This document shows, piece by piece, positions 52,600-64,000 of a stretch of DNA of 64,000 bases (the first letter of the stretch is position 1; every line of letters starts with the position of its first letter). Origin of the DNA: Lama glama (lineage: Eukaryota); contig CM052832.1 in assembly GCA_028534125.1 (NCBI GenBank), positions 14,510,001-14,574,000 of the forward strand. The letters run 5' to 3'. A program made the translations under genes and the position numbers. A model generated the notes under the pieces. That model saw nothing but the letters and a program-made list of their open reading frames with translations. It searched no databases and was not told the DNA's origin.

Positions 52600-53150
52600 G
52601 CCCTGAAATCCTCTACTAGCGCCTCAAAATGACCCCTCCGAGGAGCGGTACGGGTGATGTCATCGCAGCGCGACGGCAGGAAGTAAGCTCCTGGGCTGCA
52701 GTGGTGCGTGAGGTCCCGAGCTCCTGAGTCTGACAGCGCCACGATCTCCTCTCCCTTCTTTTCGCCGTGATGGATAATGCCTGCGAGTCGCCCACTGAAA
52801 AAGGTGGAGAGACAGGGGAGTCAGATGAGACGGCAGCTGCTCCCGGGGGCCCCGGGGTTACTGATACGGACGGAATCCCGGAGGAAACTGACGGAGACGG
52901 AGATGGGGACTTGAAAGAAGCCGCGGCAGAAGAAGGCGAGGTAGGAAGAAATGTGTCAATGAGGCCAGAGGCGTTGTGTCACAGGCTGCTCGTCGGGCTT
53001 CTTGGTTGGTCCTCCCAAGCTAAGATTCTCGAACTCACCATGACTCCCTTTAGATCTGCAATCGTGTCGCACAGAGTTTGGGGACGGGGTTGGGGGGTGG
53101 TAGGCTATAAAACCTTAGTGCAGGTTCGGTTCCAGAGACCCAACCGCTGG
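52600..53150 (+). promoter_or_regulatory. CpG-rich TAF11 promoter and first exon
   Basis: CpG-rich. CRE-like TGATGTCA 52655-52662 and ETS core CAGGAAGT 52677-52684, about 90-115 nt upstream of the ATG. No obvious TATA box. Confidence 0.7.
52770..52940 (+). CDS. TAF11: TAF11 (TFIID subunit 11) coding exon 1
   Basis: ATG at 52770 (GTGATGG). Encodes [29 protein letters not shown]...[10 protein letters not shown]. Donor GAG|GTAGGA at 52941. 171 nt. Confidence 0.97.
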
Positions 53151-53689
53151 CTCGATATTTTTATTCCCTGCCTAAGGGCGCTAAAATTACTAATAAGGGA
53201 TTTTCTTGGTTTTCCTGGTGAGGAAATTGGAGTCGGTGCTACACTGAGGATTAGGGCAAGAGCTAGGACCCAGGGTTCCTAGTACCCCTTTTACCGCAAT
53301 ATAGTTTTTTAAAATGTGTTGCTTAAGCATAACTTTGTCATTATAGGCTGCAGAGTCGTTAAAGGGACACTTTGAGGTAGTTACTAATTTAGTCACGTTC
53401 TTACCCTCTTGAAATATTTAACTGCTACCAGTGACCTGGGCGCTAATGTCCAAGGGTCTGTATGGCACAAACACACCAAACCTATCGAATGTGTCACCCC
53501 AAGAGGATCAGTGAGCATCAGTCAGGAGACCAGAATTTCAGCATTCTCTGGGTTCCATTTCTAAAGGTAGAATCTTGGGGTCTTAGAGCTATAATTCCTA
53601 TATGAGTTTAAGTGTGAGATTATGGGGGAAGACATTGGATTAAATGGAAACAGCCTTTCAAAGCATAAAGTTGCTTAGAAATAAAGTTA

Positions 53690-54530
53690 AGAACTTTTAG
53701 AAAAAGAAAAATGTGACAAGACTATTTTAAGAAGGAATCTTTAAAAGAGATTTCAAGTACAGAAAGTATTTGAATAATAATCAGCTTAGTCCAGTGAAGA
53801 GCTCTACATACAGAAATTTGCACCCAGCAGAAAATTAAACAATTTTTGATGCTTCTGAAACACTTTAAGAAATTGATCATATACCAGACCACAAATAAAA
53901 ACATGAATTCTTAAAAGTAGAAATCATAACAGGCCACATCCTGTTAGTACAGTGCAATAAAACCTTAAATTAAAAAAATGAAATAAAAGGCTTCTCCCAC
54001 TCCAACTCCTGGACATTTTTAACTTTTTTCAAAATAGCCCTTAGATTAAAGAAATTCAGAGAGAACACTACATCAAATCCCATGGGATTTGACCAAAACT
54101 TTATTTAAAGAAAACTTTGTAACCTTATGTATTTTTTATTAACAAGAGATATTGAAAATAAGCACCCAACTCAAGAAACCAGAAAAAGAACAAAATAAAC
54201 CAGAAGAATGTAGGAACAAGGAGTTAATAAGAATAAAAGTAGAGACTAATGAATTAGTGCTTTAAAAACATAAACAATAAAATTAAGACCTGGTTATTTA
54301 AAATGTAAATATACAACAATATGAAATAAGAAAGGGCTGTAGGCACTGACATGGAGATCTTTAAGCTATAAAAAAATTTAATGTTCAAATTTAGACCAAG
54401 TGCTCTTGAAAATTTAAGAAAATTGGCTCTTTTTAAGAATAATATAAATTACCAAAATTGAAGCACAAAGAGGTTAGAAAATTTGTTTAAATTAGTAACT
54501 AGAGAAGAAGTTGAAAAGACTGATAAGGAC
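53690..54530 (+). mobile_element. Ancient degraded L1 ORF2 fragment in TAF11 intron 1
   Basis: A-rich L1 motifs (aaattgatcatataccagaccacaaa; caactcaagaaaccagaaaaagaac; tataaattaccaaaattga). Confidence 0.7.
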
Positions 54531-55145
54531 TTACTACTTTACTCTTACCCACCACTCATATTCCTGTATGAGTTTAAATGTAAGTTCCTCTTTAAGGAAA
54601 AGAGAAATTAAATCCCATTAATGAGATATATTGTATCCTTTAGATTCTGTATTAAGTTAGGATTTTGATTTGTTTTGTTGTTATTAAACATCTAGCATAA
54701 GTAAAATAATGTTAAATGTTTATATGATGAGAGATAAAAAATGAGACAAACCGATCTTCAAAAAGTTCTCATTCTAGCAATAGGAAATAAATATTTGCAT
54801 GACATAATAGAATTGAAAGATAGGAAAAAAGATCCCTAAATGGGGGAGAAGCTCACTTTAAAATTCCAAATTCAAAGAAACACTATTTTAATAAGGTACC
54901 CCCTTTTTAGTATTCTTTCCACATGGAATCATCTATAGATTTAGAGGAAGAAGAGCTGGCTGGATGAAAAGGACTTTGCTGACATCCCCGCACCAGGAGA
55001 GGTGGGCTCAGGGAGAGAGTGGTTTTCATGATCCTTGGGATTTTATTGCCCTTGTAAATAGATACTGGAACTATGATCATAGCTAACCTGGAAAACTGGA
55101 TTATTGGGCAGGTTTTCTTTTCACAGCTGGACTAAAAACTGCTTT

Positions 55146-55338
55146 TTTTAAAATTGAAGTATAATTGATTTACAATGTTGTATTAGTTTCTGGTATACAG
55201 CAAAGTGATTCAGTTATACACACATATATTCTTTTTCATATTCTTTTCTGTTACAGGTTGTTTCAAGATATTGAATATAGTTCCCTATGCTATACAGTGG
55301 GAACTTGTTGTTTATATATAGTAGTTTGTATCTGCTAT
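55146..55338 (-). mobile_element. L1 3' end, antisense, in TAF11 intron 1
   Basis: attgaagtataattgatttacaatgttgtattagtttctgg..gatattgaatatagttccctatgctatacag. Possible TSD aaact(g/t)cttt. Confidence 0.85.
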
Positions 55339-55515
55339 AAACTTCTTTATATCTTACACTGGTATATCTTACACTTGATGGTACAGCCTATGCCTGGAAC
55401 CAAAAAAACTACAGAAATAAATGGATTTATTGTGTTGTCATGAATATATCTTCTTACCTTGCCCAAGTCTGGAAAGTAGGCCAAACATAGAACAGGGTTT
55501 CTTTTGTCTTCTCAG

Positions 55516-55664
55516 CTCAAGAGTCAGGATATCTCAGATTTAGCAGCTGTTGAAAGGGAAGACTCATCATTACTTACTCCTGCAGCCAAAAAGCTGAAAA
55601 TAGATACCAAAGAAAAGAAAGAGAAGAAGCAGAAAGTGGATGAAGATGAGATTCAAAAGATGCA
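55516..55664 (+). CDS. TAF11: TAF11 coding exon 2
   Basis: Acceptor cttttgtcttctcag. Encodes [49 protein letters not shown](Q). Donor GCA|GTAAGT. 149 nt. Confidence 0.97.
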
Positions 55665-56861
55665 GTAAGTCACTTTCCGATCTTTCCCCTTTCAAGGCTC
55701 TAACTTGACCACACAAAGTTAATACATTTTTCTTCACCTTAAAAACATTTTTTTCTTTCTTTAAACTCAAAAGAAAATACAGCAATTAATACGTTATGTT
55801 ACATTATAGAAAATATAAATACATTTTTAAAAAGTATCACCTTACCACCAAAATAAACACTGTTAATATTTTAATGTATATTATTCTCCAAGATACTTTC
55901 TTTACATATATTTATAAATAAAATTAAATTAAAAATTCCAAAGATGTTAAATACTGTTTGTAACCTATTTTCCACATTGTATACAGTGAGTGTTTTCCAT
56001 GTCCATAATTATACATCTAGGTCATAATTTTCTTTAAAATGGAAATAGCTTCATTATGTTTTCTGATTGTAAAATAATATGGGTTCATTGCAAATAATTC
56101 AGAAATACAGAAAAAATAGAAGAAAAAATTACCCACAATCCCACCACCCAGAGTTTACCTAGGGTATATATGTATAGCTAAATATTTTCACATCAGTAAA
56201 TATGCCCATAAATCATCATTTTTAATGGCCACATTATATTCCATTAGATGGATGAACTATAATTTAACCAATCCCTGTAGTTGTTTAGATTTTTTTTCTT
56301 TTGACAATATAACAAACACTAAGTTTTTTCCTCTATATTTTTTGGCCATTGGGATTTTTGTATATTTCCTGTTCATTTCCTTTGCTCATTTTCTAAAATT
56401 GGTATGGCCATCTTTTAATTTATTTGAAAAATTTAACTATATATTAACAGTATTAACCCTTTTCCATATAGTTTACATTTTCCCCCTAGTCTATTAATGT
56501 TGGAAACTACTAGTTGAATATAAATTTATATATTAAATTTTTACCATCAACATGAAGTGTAGTAAGGTAGTGTAATGGGGAGAGCGAGCCTCATGCTGAA
56601 AACATAATCTATAGAGTGTGATTCCATGACCCAACACTGTTGTTTTTGTTCTTAATGTTAAGTAAGAAAGGAACTTGTGTTTCACTTATTGTCAACTTCC
56701 TTAAGAGTAGAAATCCTTGTCTTCATACCTTGTAAGCACTAAGCCTAATACTATTGACCCCTTGAAAAATTCATTTTCTAAATGTCTGAAACTTGCCTTT
56801 AATAATGTATCTTAAGTATCCATTCTTGCAAGTGAACTTAATTACCTGAATCTTTGTCTAG

Positions 56862-56949
56862 AATCCTGGTTTCTTCTTTTTCTGAGGAGCAGCTGAACCG
56901 TTATGAAATGTATCGCCGGTCAGCTTTCCCTAAGGCAGCCATTAAAAGG
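56862..56949 (+). CDS. TAF11: TAF11 coding exon 3 (start of histone fold)
   Basis: Acceptor tctttgtctag. Encodes [29 protein letters not shown]. Donor AGG|GTAAGG. 88 nt. Confidence 0.97.
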
Positions 56950-57110
56950 GTAAGGATGGACTACCACACTTCATTTCCATCAGCTGTGAGAACTGAACTA
57001 GACTCAAGAGCTATATCTATTGGCATTTTGAGTGAGAGGTTAGGCAAGTTTGGTGGATCATTTAAGTAGGAAAATAAAAATAACATGCCCCTCAAAAATC
57101 TGACTAGTCA

Positions 57111-57318
57111 ATAGACTGGGATTTCAAAATTGTAGAATAGATAAACAAGATTATACTGTATAGCACAGGGAAATTTACACAAAACGTTATGGTAACTAAC
57201 AGAGGAAAAAATGTGACAATGAGTGTGTATATGTCCAAGTATGACTGAAAAATTGTGCTGAACACTGGAATTTGACACAACATTGTAAAATGATTATAAA
57301 TCAATAAAAAGTGTTAAA
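57111..57318 (+). mobile_element. Young L1 3' end, sense, in TAF11 intron 3
   Basis: Closely similar to 26099-26311. TSD aaaaatctgactag(t/c)ca at 57094-57110 and 57319-57335. Confidence 0.93.
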
Positions 57319-57529
57319 AAAAATCTGACTAGCCATAGTTTTATATTCTAAGGATAGAGTCTCAACAAACAGGATAGACCATTATATACCTGAATCCTTG
57401 TTTTAATAGTCTCAATTTCAGCATCTGGCCTTTAGTGAACTCTTTTTCAGTGCAGAGCTCTCGTGTGTGCTATGTTCCAAAGCCAGTCCTTGACTACCTT
57501 AATCACAGAGTCCTTGTCCTTCTTTCAAG

Positions 57530-57626
57530 CTGATCCAGTCCATCACTGGCACCTCTGTGTCTCAGAATGTTGTTATCGCTATGTCTGGTATTTCCAAAGT
57601 TTTCGTCGGGGAGGTGGTAGAAGAAG
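57530..57626 (+). CDS. TAF11: TAF11 coding exon 4
   Basis: Acceptor tccttctttcaag. Encodes [32 protein letters not shown]. Donor AAG|GTGAGT. 97 nt. Confidence 0.97.
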
Positions 57627-58307
57627 GTGAGTGGTTTTGGTCTAAATACTGGATTGAACCTGTGGTGGTCTGATTTCCAAGAATATCTATGCTGAGGGAC
57701 TTATTAAAGCACCAGTGATAGTTTCCATTTACACTAGATAGAAGTTGACCAAAGCAGGAGTCTTGTATTTAGGAGAGCATGACCATTATTCCTTGAAAGT
57801 TTCAATACTGGGAGGCCTGGAAGCATCTAGGAAATCTCCCTTCCTTATTCCTGTCCTTAGCTCAGGGTGACAGAAGCAGGCTTTGTATTTTTCTCCAATA
57901 AACTTTGCTCATTTCTGCTGCCAAAAGTAAACATACATGAAAAGCAGTTGCTGGGGCTGACCAGTGTGGTTTGGTAGGTAGTTGTCCCTGATGTTATGAC
58001 CCCTGGGAACTGCCCCCTTGTCCATCAAGTAAAGAACCTGGGTGCTGTCCATTGCTAATTGCTAGCTGGTGAAATGTTTGTCTTTTTTTTTTAAGAAGAT
58101 ATGTTTTAAACTGTTGCCTATGATAAAGCCTGATATGGGATATTATGCTAAAGCTAACATGATACATTTTATAGCATTCTCTTAAGAAGGGAACATGTCT
58201 TGGTTTATTTCTTTAGCCAAGATTTAATGAGAATTACAGGACTCAAAAGGATTGTGATTAATAAGCTCTTGCGTGATAATGAAACTTTCTCCTTGCCCTC
58301 TGTTTAG

Positions 58308-58438
58308 CACTGGATGTGTGTGAGAAGTGGGGAGAAGTGCCACCGCTACAACCCAAACACATGAGGGAGGCTGTTCGGAGGTTAAAGTCAAAGGGGCAAA
58401 TTCCCAACTCGAAGCACAAAAAAATCATCTTCTTCTAG
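58308..58438 (+). CDS. TAF11: TAF11 coding exon 5 (last)
   Basis: Acceptor ccctctgtttag. Encodes (A)[45 protein letters not shown] at 58436-58438. Exons sum to 636 nt = 211 aa plus stop. Confidence 0.97.
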
Positions 58439-59040
58439 ACCAAAGTCCAGAAGGGCCTGAAGGAAGAAGTACTGGTTCCAGACTCCCTGCTGCATGAGAC
58501 TTTGTGCAGTGGTGCTTTAGTATCTCAGTCCTCCAAGGATTCCATGATTTTAATATCTTTCTCAAAACTCTGATATTCATTACACCTAAAAGAAGGCATG
58601 CAGCCTGTTTCATAGTTGCCTTGACTAATTATTGGGGCCTCTGAAGGCATTTTACCATTCATTACTGGCTGGTTGAAAGAAGAGAGGTACATGGGCCTTA
58701 AGCATCTTCTGGACAGAGGAGCTGCTGTCAGAAAGAAAACCTTTCCCAGAAGGTTTGATGGTTTCACGTTGAAGCCTGAAGTTGCGGTGACTTAGGTTGT
58801 TTCGTACAGCTGGTTTTAAGTAAATGAAACCACCAGAAACTTTTGACTTGTGATACTCTACCATGAAGGACATGGTGATAGCAGGAGTGGTGGAACAGTT
58901 TGTCCCTGTAAACAGTTAAGATTCTTCTATGAATTCTGGTGAGTGATCATTAAACTGTTTTACAACATGTTCTATGTGTATTCATTTTCTGTCTAGCTGG
59001 TTGGAATGGGAAGAAGCTCATCGTTCTTTTTTGGTGTCAG

Positions 59041-59046
59041 AATAAA
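59041..59046 (+). terminator. TAF11: Probable TAF11 polyadenylation signal
   Basis: AATAAA about 600 nt after the stop codon, followed by GT/T-rich sequence (gttttgacttttttgtg). Confidence 0.7.
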
Positions 59047-59118
59047 ACTGGTTTTGACTTTTTTGTGAAAATTTGAGTCTTCCCATTTTCTACTAGAACC
59101 ATTAAAATTGTATATCAT

Positions 59119-59492
59119 AGATTGTCATTCTAAGTGAAGTAAGCCAGAAAGAAAGAAAAATACCATATGATACCACTTATATGTGGAATCTAAAGAAGAG
59201 ACAAATAAACTTATTTACAAAACAGAAACAGACATAGAAAACAAACTTATGGTTACCAGGGTGGGAAGGGATAAATTGGGAGTTGGAGATGTGCAGATAC
59301 TAACTACCATATATAAAACAGATAAACAGGTTTATACTATGTAGCACAGCGAACTGTATTCAGTATCTTATAGTGACCTAGAATGAAAAAGAATATGAAA
59401 ATGAATATATGTGTATACATGCATGATCGAAACATGCTGTATGTTAGAAATTGACACAATATTGTAAACTAACTATACTTCAATAAAAAAAA
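59119..59492 (+). mobile_element. L1 3' end just downstream of the TAF11 poly(A) signal
   Basis: gattgtcattctaagtgaagtaagccagaaa..aactatacttcaataaaaaaaa. Similar to 24520-24830 plus 26515-26600. Confidence 0.9.
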
Positions 59493-59569
59493 TTTTCTTA
59501 TAAAAGAGTACTTAAAAACAATGTAAAATGTTTTGTTTCAGGTATGTTTCAGATCCCTATAAACAGATA

Positions 59570-62500
59570 TAACAGAGCCAATACTGCTTAATAAGTTTAA
59601 TTTGCTTTTTTCAGGTGGTTCACAGAACCAGTACACTCAAGGTTTGATTAGATATTGCAACATTAAAATTTCCCAATACTGACCAGTATTCCAGTTCATC
59701 AGATACATTCTCATTGTTTTCCTCAAATAGAGGGGAATGGAGTGACCTTTTATTGACAGTGATTAGCAGTAATAAGGCTACTGTATTTAACTGGCAATCC
59801 CAAGAATTCTTTCCTCTCTATCATTCAGTGTCATAGGGAGAGGGATTTTGAAGCTGTTCTCTTTTGAAGCTTTCCTGAGCATGTCTTAGTAAAGATTCCA
59901 ATTCTGTTTAGCACCCTGAGTGGGGGAAACAGCTTGGACACACAAAGTTGGATAAATCTGGCTTTTAGTATCTTATATTAAAATGCATGGCTTTAAACGT
60001 GTATGTACATAGCCAATGGAGAAGACACTTCAGTGGGGCATTCCACAAAGAAACGCTGCCTAAGACTCAAGCTAAATCTTGACCAAAAACTAGTAAACTA
60101 AAGAAAAAAAAATTCTCAGATCTAAGAGGAAGCTTTTTCGACTGGATATAGGAACTACACCTACTGCAATCTGAGATACTGGATAAGGCTGAAATTTACA
60201 AATAACATGGAGAGAAGTTCACATCACAAGTCCAGCCACTTAGCAAAGCCTCACAGTTTAGGGTTATCCAAGAGTGTTCCCCCTGGCATCTGCTGTAAGA
60301 GATGGAGAAAATAATCCTCATTCAACAACAGCTACTATCTACACCTACCCAGAGGTGAATGGGAATATTCCTATTCTAGCAGAAGGTATGGAAAGATCCA
60401 TCATCCTGGAAAGGACAGTACATCACACCAGAATCTCAAAACACTTCATAATGACTATGGTAAATCAGAAGGCAATGACACAGCTTTTGTAGTCTCAGAT
60501 AAGGAGATGTCATCCTACCAGCTTGTGCAGCAATGTTGTTTCCATAGTTTTGTGATATTACTATAACTGATTTTAGAAGTTTAGGCAAGTGTTAAATTAA
60601 CAAAAAAAAACCTTAGTTTAAAGATTTGGAATGGAAATTTCCCAAATGACTATGTTCAAACTATCATCTTTCCACTACCCCCTAAACTTGCCTAAGGAGG
60701 AACTAAATGGGTTAAATGGAAGCATTAAGTTACGGGTACCTGAAGGGTGGTTTATCCATTGTATATTCCATACGCAGGAACCACCATGAAAAGGTGTACA
60801 TAAAGGTTGAGCCCCATGGCAAAATGAGGGTCATATTAAATATATAGCAAAAAGCAGCCATCATGAGAGCCATCCACTCCTGTCTAAAGTCCAAGAAACT
60901 AGGTGAATTATTCCAGTGAATTGAAAACACAATTTGAGATGGATAGCCACCTCTGCAACTCAGCTAAGAGATTTAAATCAGTTCATATGCACTAAAGCAT
61001 GTCTCCAGTACCTCCATGTAAACAGGAAATCTAGACAATCACAGATGATACGTAGTTGTCCATGCTTCACAGCTGAAATGGTGATGTGCGGTGGCTGAAG
61101 TCTTTTGAGGAATAGTGGTGCTATCACTCCAGACATTTTCTTGAGGTATTGTTTTTTCTTGTTCAGAGTCTTAGAGCTCCAAGGCAGAAATCGTAAGCAG
61201 TTCAAAGGAGCTGACACTATTTGTTCTTTCCATCTTTCTCCTTTACATTTATCCTGAGGAATACCAATAAGGTCATATTTCTTCATTATGAAAAAGCCTG
61301 CCTTCCCCCAATGAATTGGAGTATGAAGTTATACAAGATGATTTTTACTAAAATTCCACGGGACAATGACCTCTACCACATTTCCTGAGGGAGGACTTCC
61401 AGACACAATGGCCAAATCTGTCACATAAGGGAATTCAGATTCAAGGGCTCCATTTGTCATGTGGACAAAAGCTCCAGATTGCCCAGAAACCTGACTGAGC
61501 TCTGGTCATTAAAGGGGTTAGCCTCAGTGCTTGCCAGATTTGTTTCTGTTGCCTCTCACCAAGCATAAGCTTAAGGTGAAGGAATACCAAGCAATGCCTA
61601 TTAGACATTTTCTCTGCACGGAGGGGTAATGGTGGGTCAGAGAGGAAGGGGAGAGAATCAGAATGTGATTTTAGACTAATTCAGGTGGACCTAAGGTTGA
61701 ATAATTTTATTTTCTAGATACAGATCTCCCTCCTCCCCCTCTAAGAACATTAGAAATGCCATACTTGAGATGAACCAGTGATCCTTTTTTCTTCATCATT
61801 CTGCCTTTGAAGAAACCTAAAGGGGGGTCTGTGGAGGGATGCAGTTACCCTCTCCCTTGTATATCACCAAATAGCCCTCGTTTTCTGTAATTCTTTTTGG
61901 AAGCCATATATACAAGGATTCCTCTTAAACCTGCACTCATAAAGTTTCTGCCAACACTACTCCTTGAACAATGAGCTCCAGAAGTTTCTGATTTGCCAAG
62001 AGAAGTGCTTTCTTTTACCTAAGCCTATGAGGTAGAACCCTAGAGCCAGTATTTTGGGACTTGAAGAACATATCTCACTCTTGACTGAATATTTGACCTA
62101 ACACAACCCTCAGCTTTCGTCTTTCCAGAACTGGAGCCAACATTTTAGAGATGTGTCCTCATGCGGAAGTACCTTCACTCCCTGATAATTTTTGCTGTTC
62201 TCTGGACCTTTCCTCCCTTCACCTGTATTTCGTAAGTAAGGGTACCAGAAATGCACAGATAATTTAAGACATTATCATGGTCTTGTGTGAGGTGCTGTTT
62301 TCTGTGTTGGCTCTATGTGACCTTCCTGATCATGCAGGTGGGCATTTGGCCACAGCAGCACACTGACTCCTCCTCCTTCTCAGCAGTGCTTAAGTTTCTT
62401 TCCTGAGTTCTAACAGAACTCACTGCCTCATTGGTTGCTGAATCTTCCACTAAGTGCATTACTTCACACTTACCTACACCAAACCTCACCTGTCACTTTC

Positions 62501-64000
62501 CTGAGTATTCACAGCCTGGTTCGTGCATCTTCTGTGATTTTCCTTTTTTCTTTTTTTTTAATCTTTTCTGATTTTATCTTTCACTGCCTAGAAGTAGTGA
62601 CATTTGATTGCATTGTAATACTTTCAGGTTATTTATAAAAATCTTAAATAAGGTTAAACCAAACATCAACCCATCTGATTGTTACACTGTTAACAATCTC
62701 TCTAGAAAGATGTTTACTCTTAAGTCTCTAAGTTGTTTCCTAAGCATGATAGATACACCCATAATCTCATAGTAATTGGTAATTTTAAATTGCCTTAGTG
62801 ATGAACCATGACAAAAATTCTTCAAAAGTCTGAGCAAATTAGATCTTATTCCCTCTTGGATGCATGTTTCTTCTTATTCTCAAAAACTAGAATATACAAG
62901 TCAGGCATGATTTCCTATAAAGGAAACCATTTTATCTTTCCTTCAATAGGTCATGTGTGATTAAGACTTTAGTGACACTACTAAATCACTATTTTAGCAT
63001 CTTGCCAATTCAAGGTGAGTCAGCTGATGAACTTCTGTCCAATCAACACACCTTGAAGTATATCACCAAGCAGTATGGACGAAGATAGAGTGATGCGGAA
63101 GGATCAGGTAGAAAATAGAGAGGGGGAAGTAGCTCTTTTATCAGGCAGAGGCAAAACCTAGTCAGGTTGAAGGGGTTTTTTCCTTTTTTTTCTTTTTTTA
63201 CTTAAGTCAAAATAACATGATTTTTAAAAGCCACAGTGATAGAGGGGTGTGAGAGGCAACAGGCTAAGATGTTTATGTCACAGTTTAAAACACATTTTCA
63301 GCTCCCAAACCACAGAGTGCTAACAAGAGTGCTGGTAGAAAGTCATAGTGCAGACGATGCAGAGGTGCCAGGGACCCTGGGAGAGGAAATGACCTGTGAG
63401 GTGCAGCTGTGGAAGACACAGGACTCAGCAGGCAACAGGGGCTCAGAAGCAAGCTCCACTAGTGATCCCTACCACATCATGCCTTCAACCTAGCTCAGAG
63501 TAAACATCTTTTCCTTGATTTAAATTTCAAACAAATTGCATTACAGAAGGGAAAGGTGATACCAGTGAGCCACAATTGTTGTTTACTTCCTACCGCAGCA
63601 TCACAATAATGAAAGGATCACAGAAAGGAAACTTAACCGTGAAAAACCTGATTGTAGTATCAGCCAAGATGACATGAGTTTGGTTTCCTTTCCAAAATAG
63701 GCAGAATCCATGTCTCACTTATTCCTGTGCCTCTCCTGACTCCCGCCTGGCTGGCTATTTTCTGTTCCACTCTACTTCTGTGGCTGAAGCTCAGGCCTAG
63801 GACTTTTCAGATCCGCCTCAGGAAGCTCTGGGACGTAGAATCTTTGGTGGCTCTGTGGGTGACTGAGATGGGTACTTTGCCTTGTTCACACAGGTTGTGG
63901 AGGAAGCAGATGTCTCTGCCATGAATCCAGGAGATGAAATGGCCCTACAGTGTCGAGAAGATTCCACCTAGTGTGCAGAGGGCCGAAAGGCTTTATACAG
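59570..64000 (-). other. Probable 3' UTR of BLTP3A/UHRF1BP1, convergent with TAF11
   Basis: Inference from recalled human gene order UHRF1BP1-TAF11-ANKS1A. Candidate minus-strand poly(A) signals: TTTATT 59749-59754 and TTTAAT 59596-59601. No coding exon recognised in the window. Confidence 0.45.
62130..63010 (-). mobile_element. Ancient CR1/L3 LINE ORF2 (RT) fossil
   Basis: Minus-strand peptides in the expected order: NGFLYRKSCLT (62931-62899), DLICSDF (~62845), GLMFGLTLFKIFINNL (62672-62625), VHFWYPY (~62255), KVQRTAKIIRE (62210-62178). These resemble CR1 motifs HGF..KSCLT, DVIYLDF, GSVLGPVLFNIFINDL, VQFWSP, KVQRRATKMI. Confidence 0.8.

Noticed and set aside
52941..53282. C-terminal part of the 171-aa ORF 52767..53282
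   Set aside because: Read-through into TAF11 intron 1 past a canonical donor.
1..64000. Novel multi-gene or prokaryote-style system (CRISPR, defence island, operon)
   Set aside because: The window is accounted for by two known spliced mammalian genes, intronic/UTR sequence and common transposon fossils. No repeat-spacer arrays or unexplained long ORFs were seen.

Overview
Mammalian genomic DNA, not prokaryotic. It is most likely camelid, inferred from two tRNA-derived Vic-1-like SINEs and matching L1 3' ends. The window holds the head-to-head gene pair ANKS1A (minus strand: coding exon 1 at 51307-51114, followed by >=51 kb of intron 1 running to the window start) and TAF11 (plus strand: five coding exons, 52770-58438, 636 nt, 211 aa, all introns GT-AG). 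The two genes flank a CpG-rich divergent promoter region. The last ~4.5 kb is probably the convergent 3' UTR of BLTP3A/UHRF1BP1, inferred from recalled human synteny only. Most remaining sequence is fossil transposon DNA (L1, MIR, L2, CR1/L3, MER2B, MER20, MER44) plus one 500-N gap, and nearly all ORF-track entries are spurious or repeat-derived. I found no convincing new biological system. The best second-look items are an L1 3' transduction inside a three-layer nested insertion (23.8-26.7 kb), a candidate MIR-derived poison exon in ANKS1A intron 1 whose donor sits in a hairpin, a sense L1 poly(A) fragment in TAF11 intron 3, and a still-readable CR1/L3 reverse-transcriptase fossil near 62-63 kb. 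Repeat family names come from recalled consensus sequences, and boundaries without TSDs are approximate.
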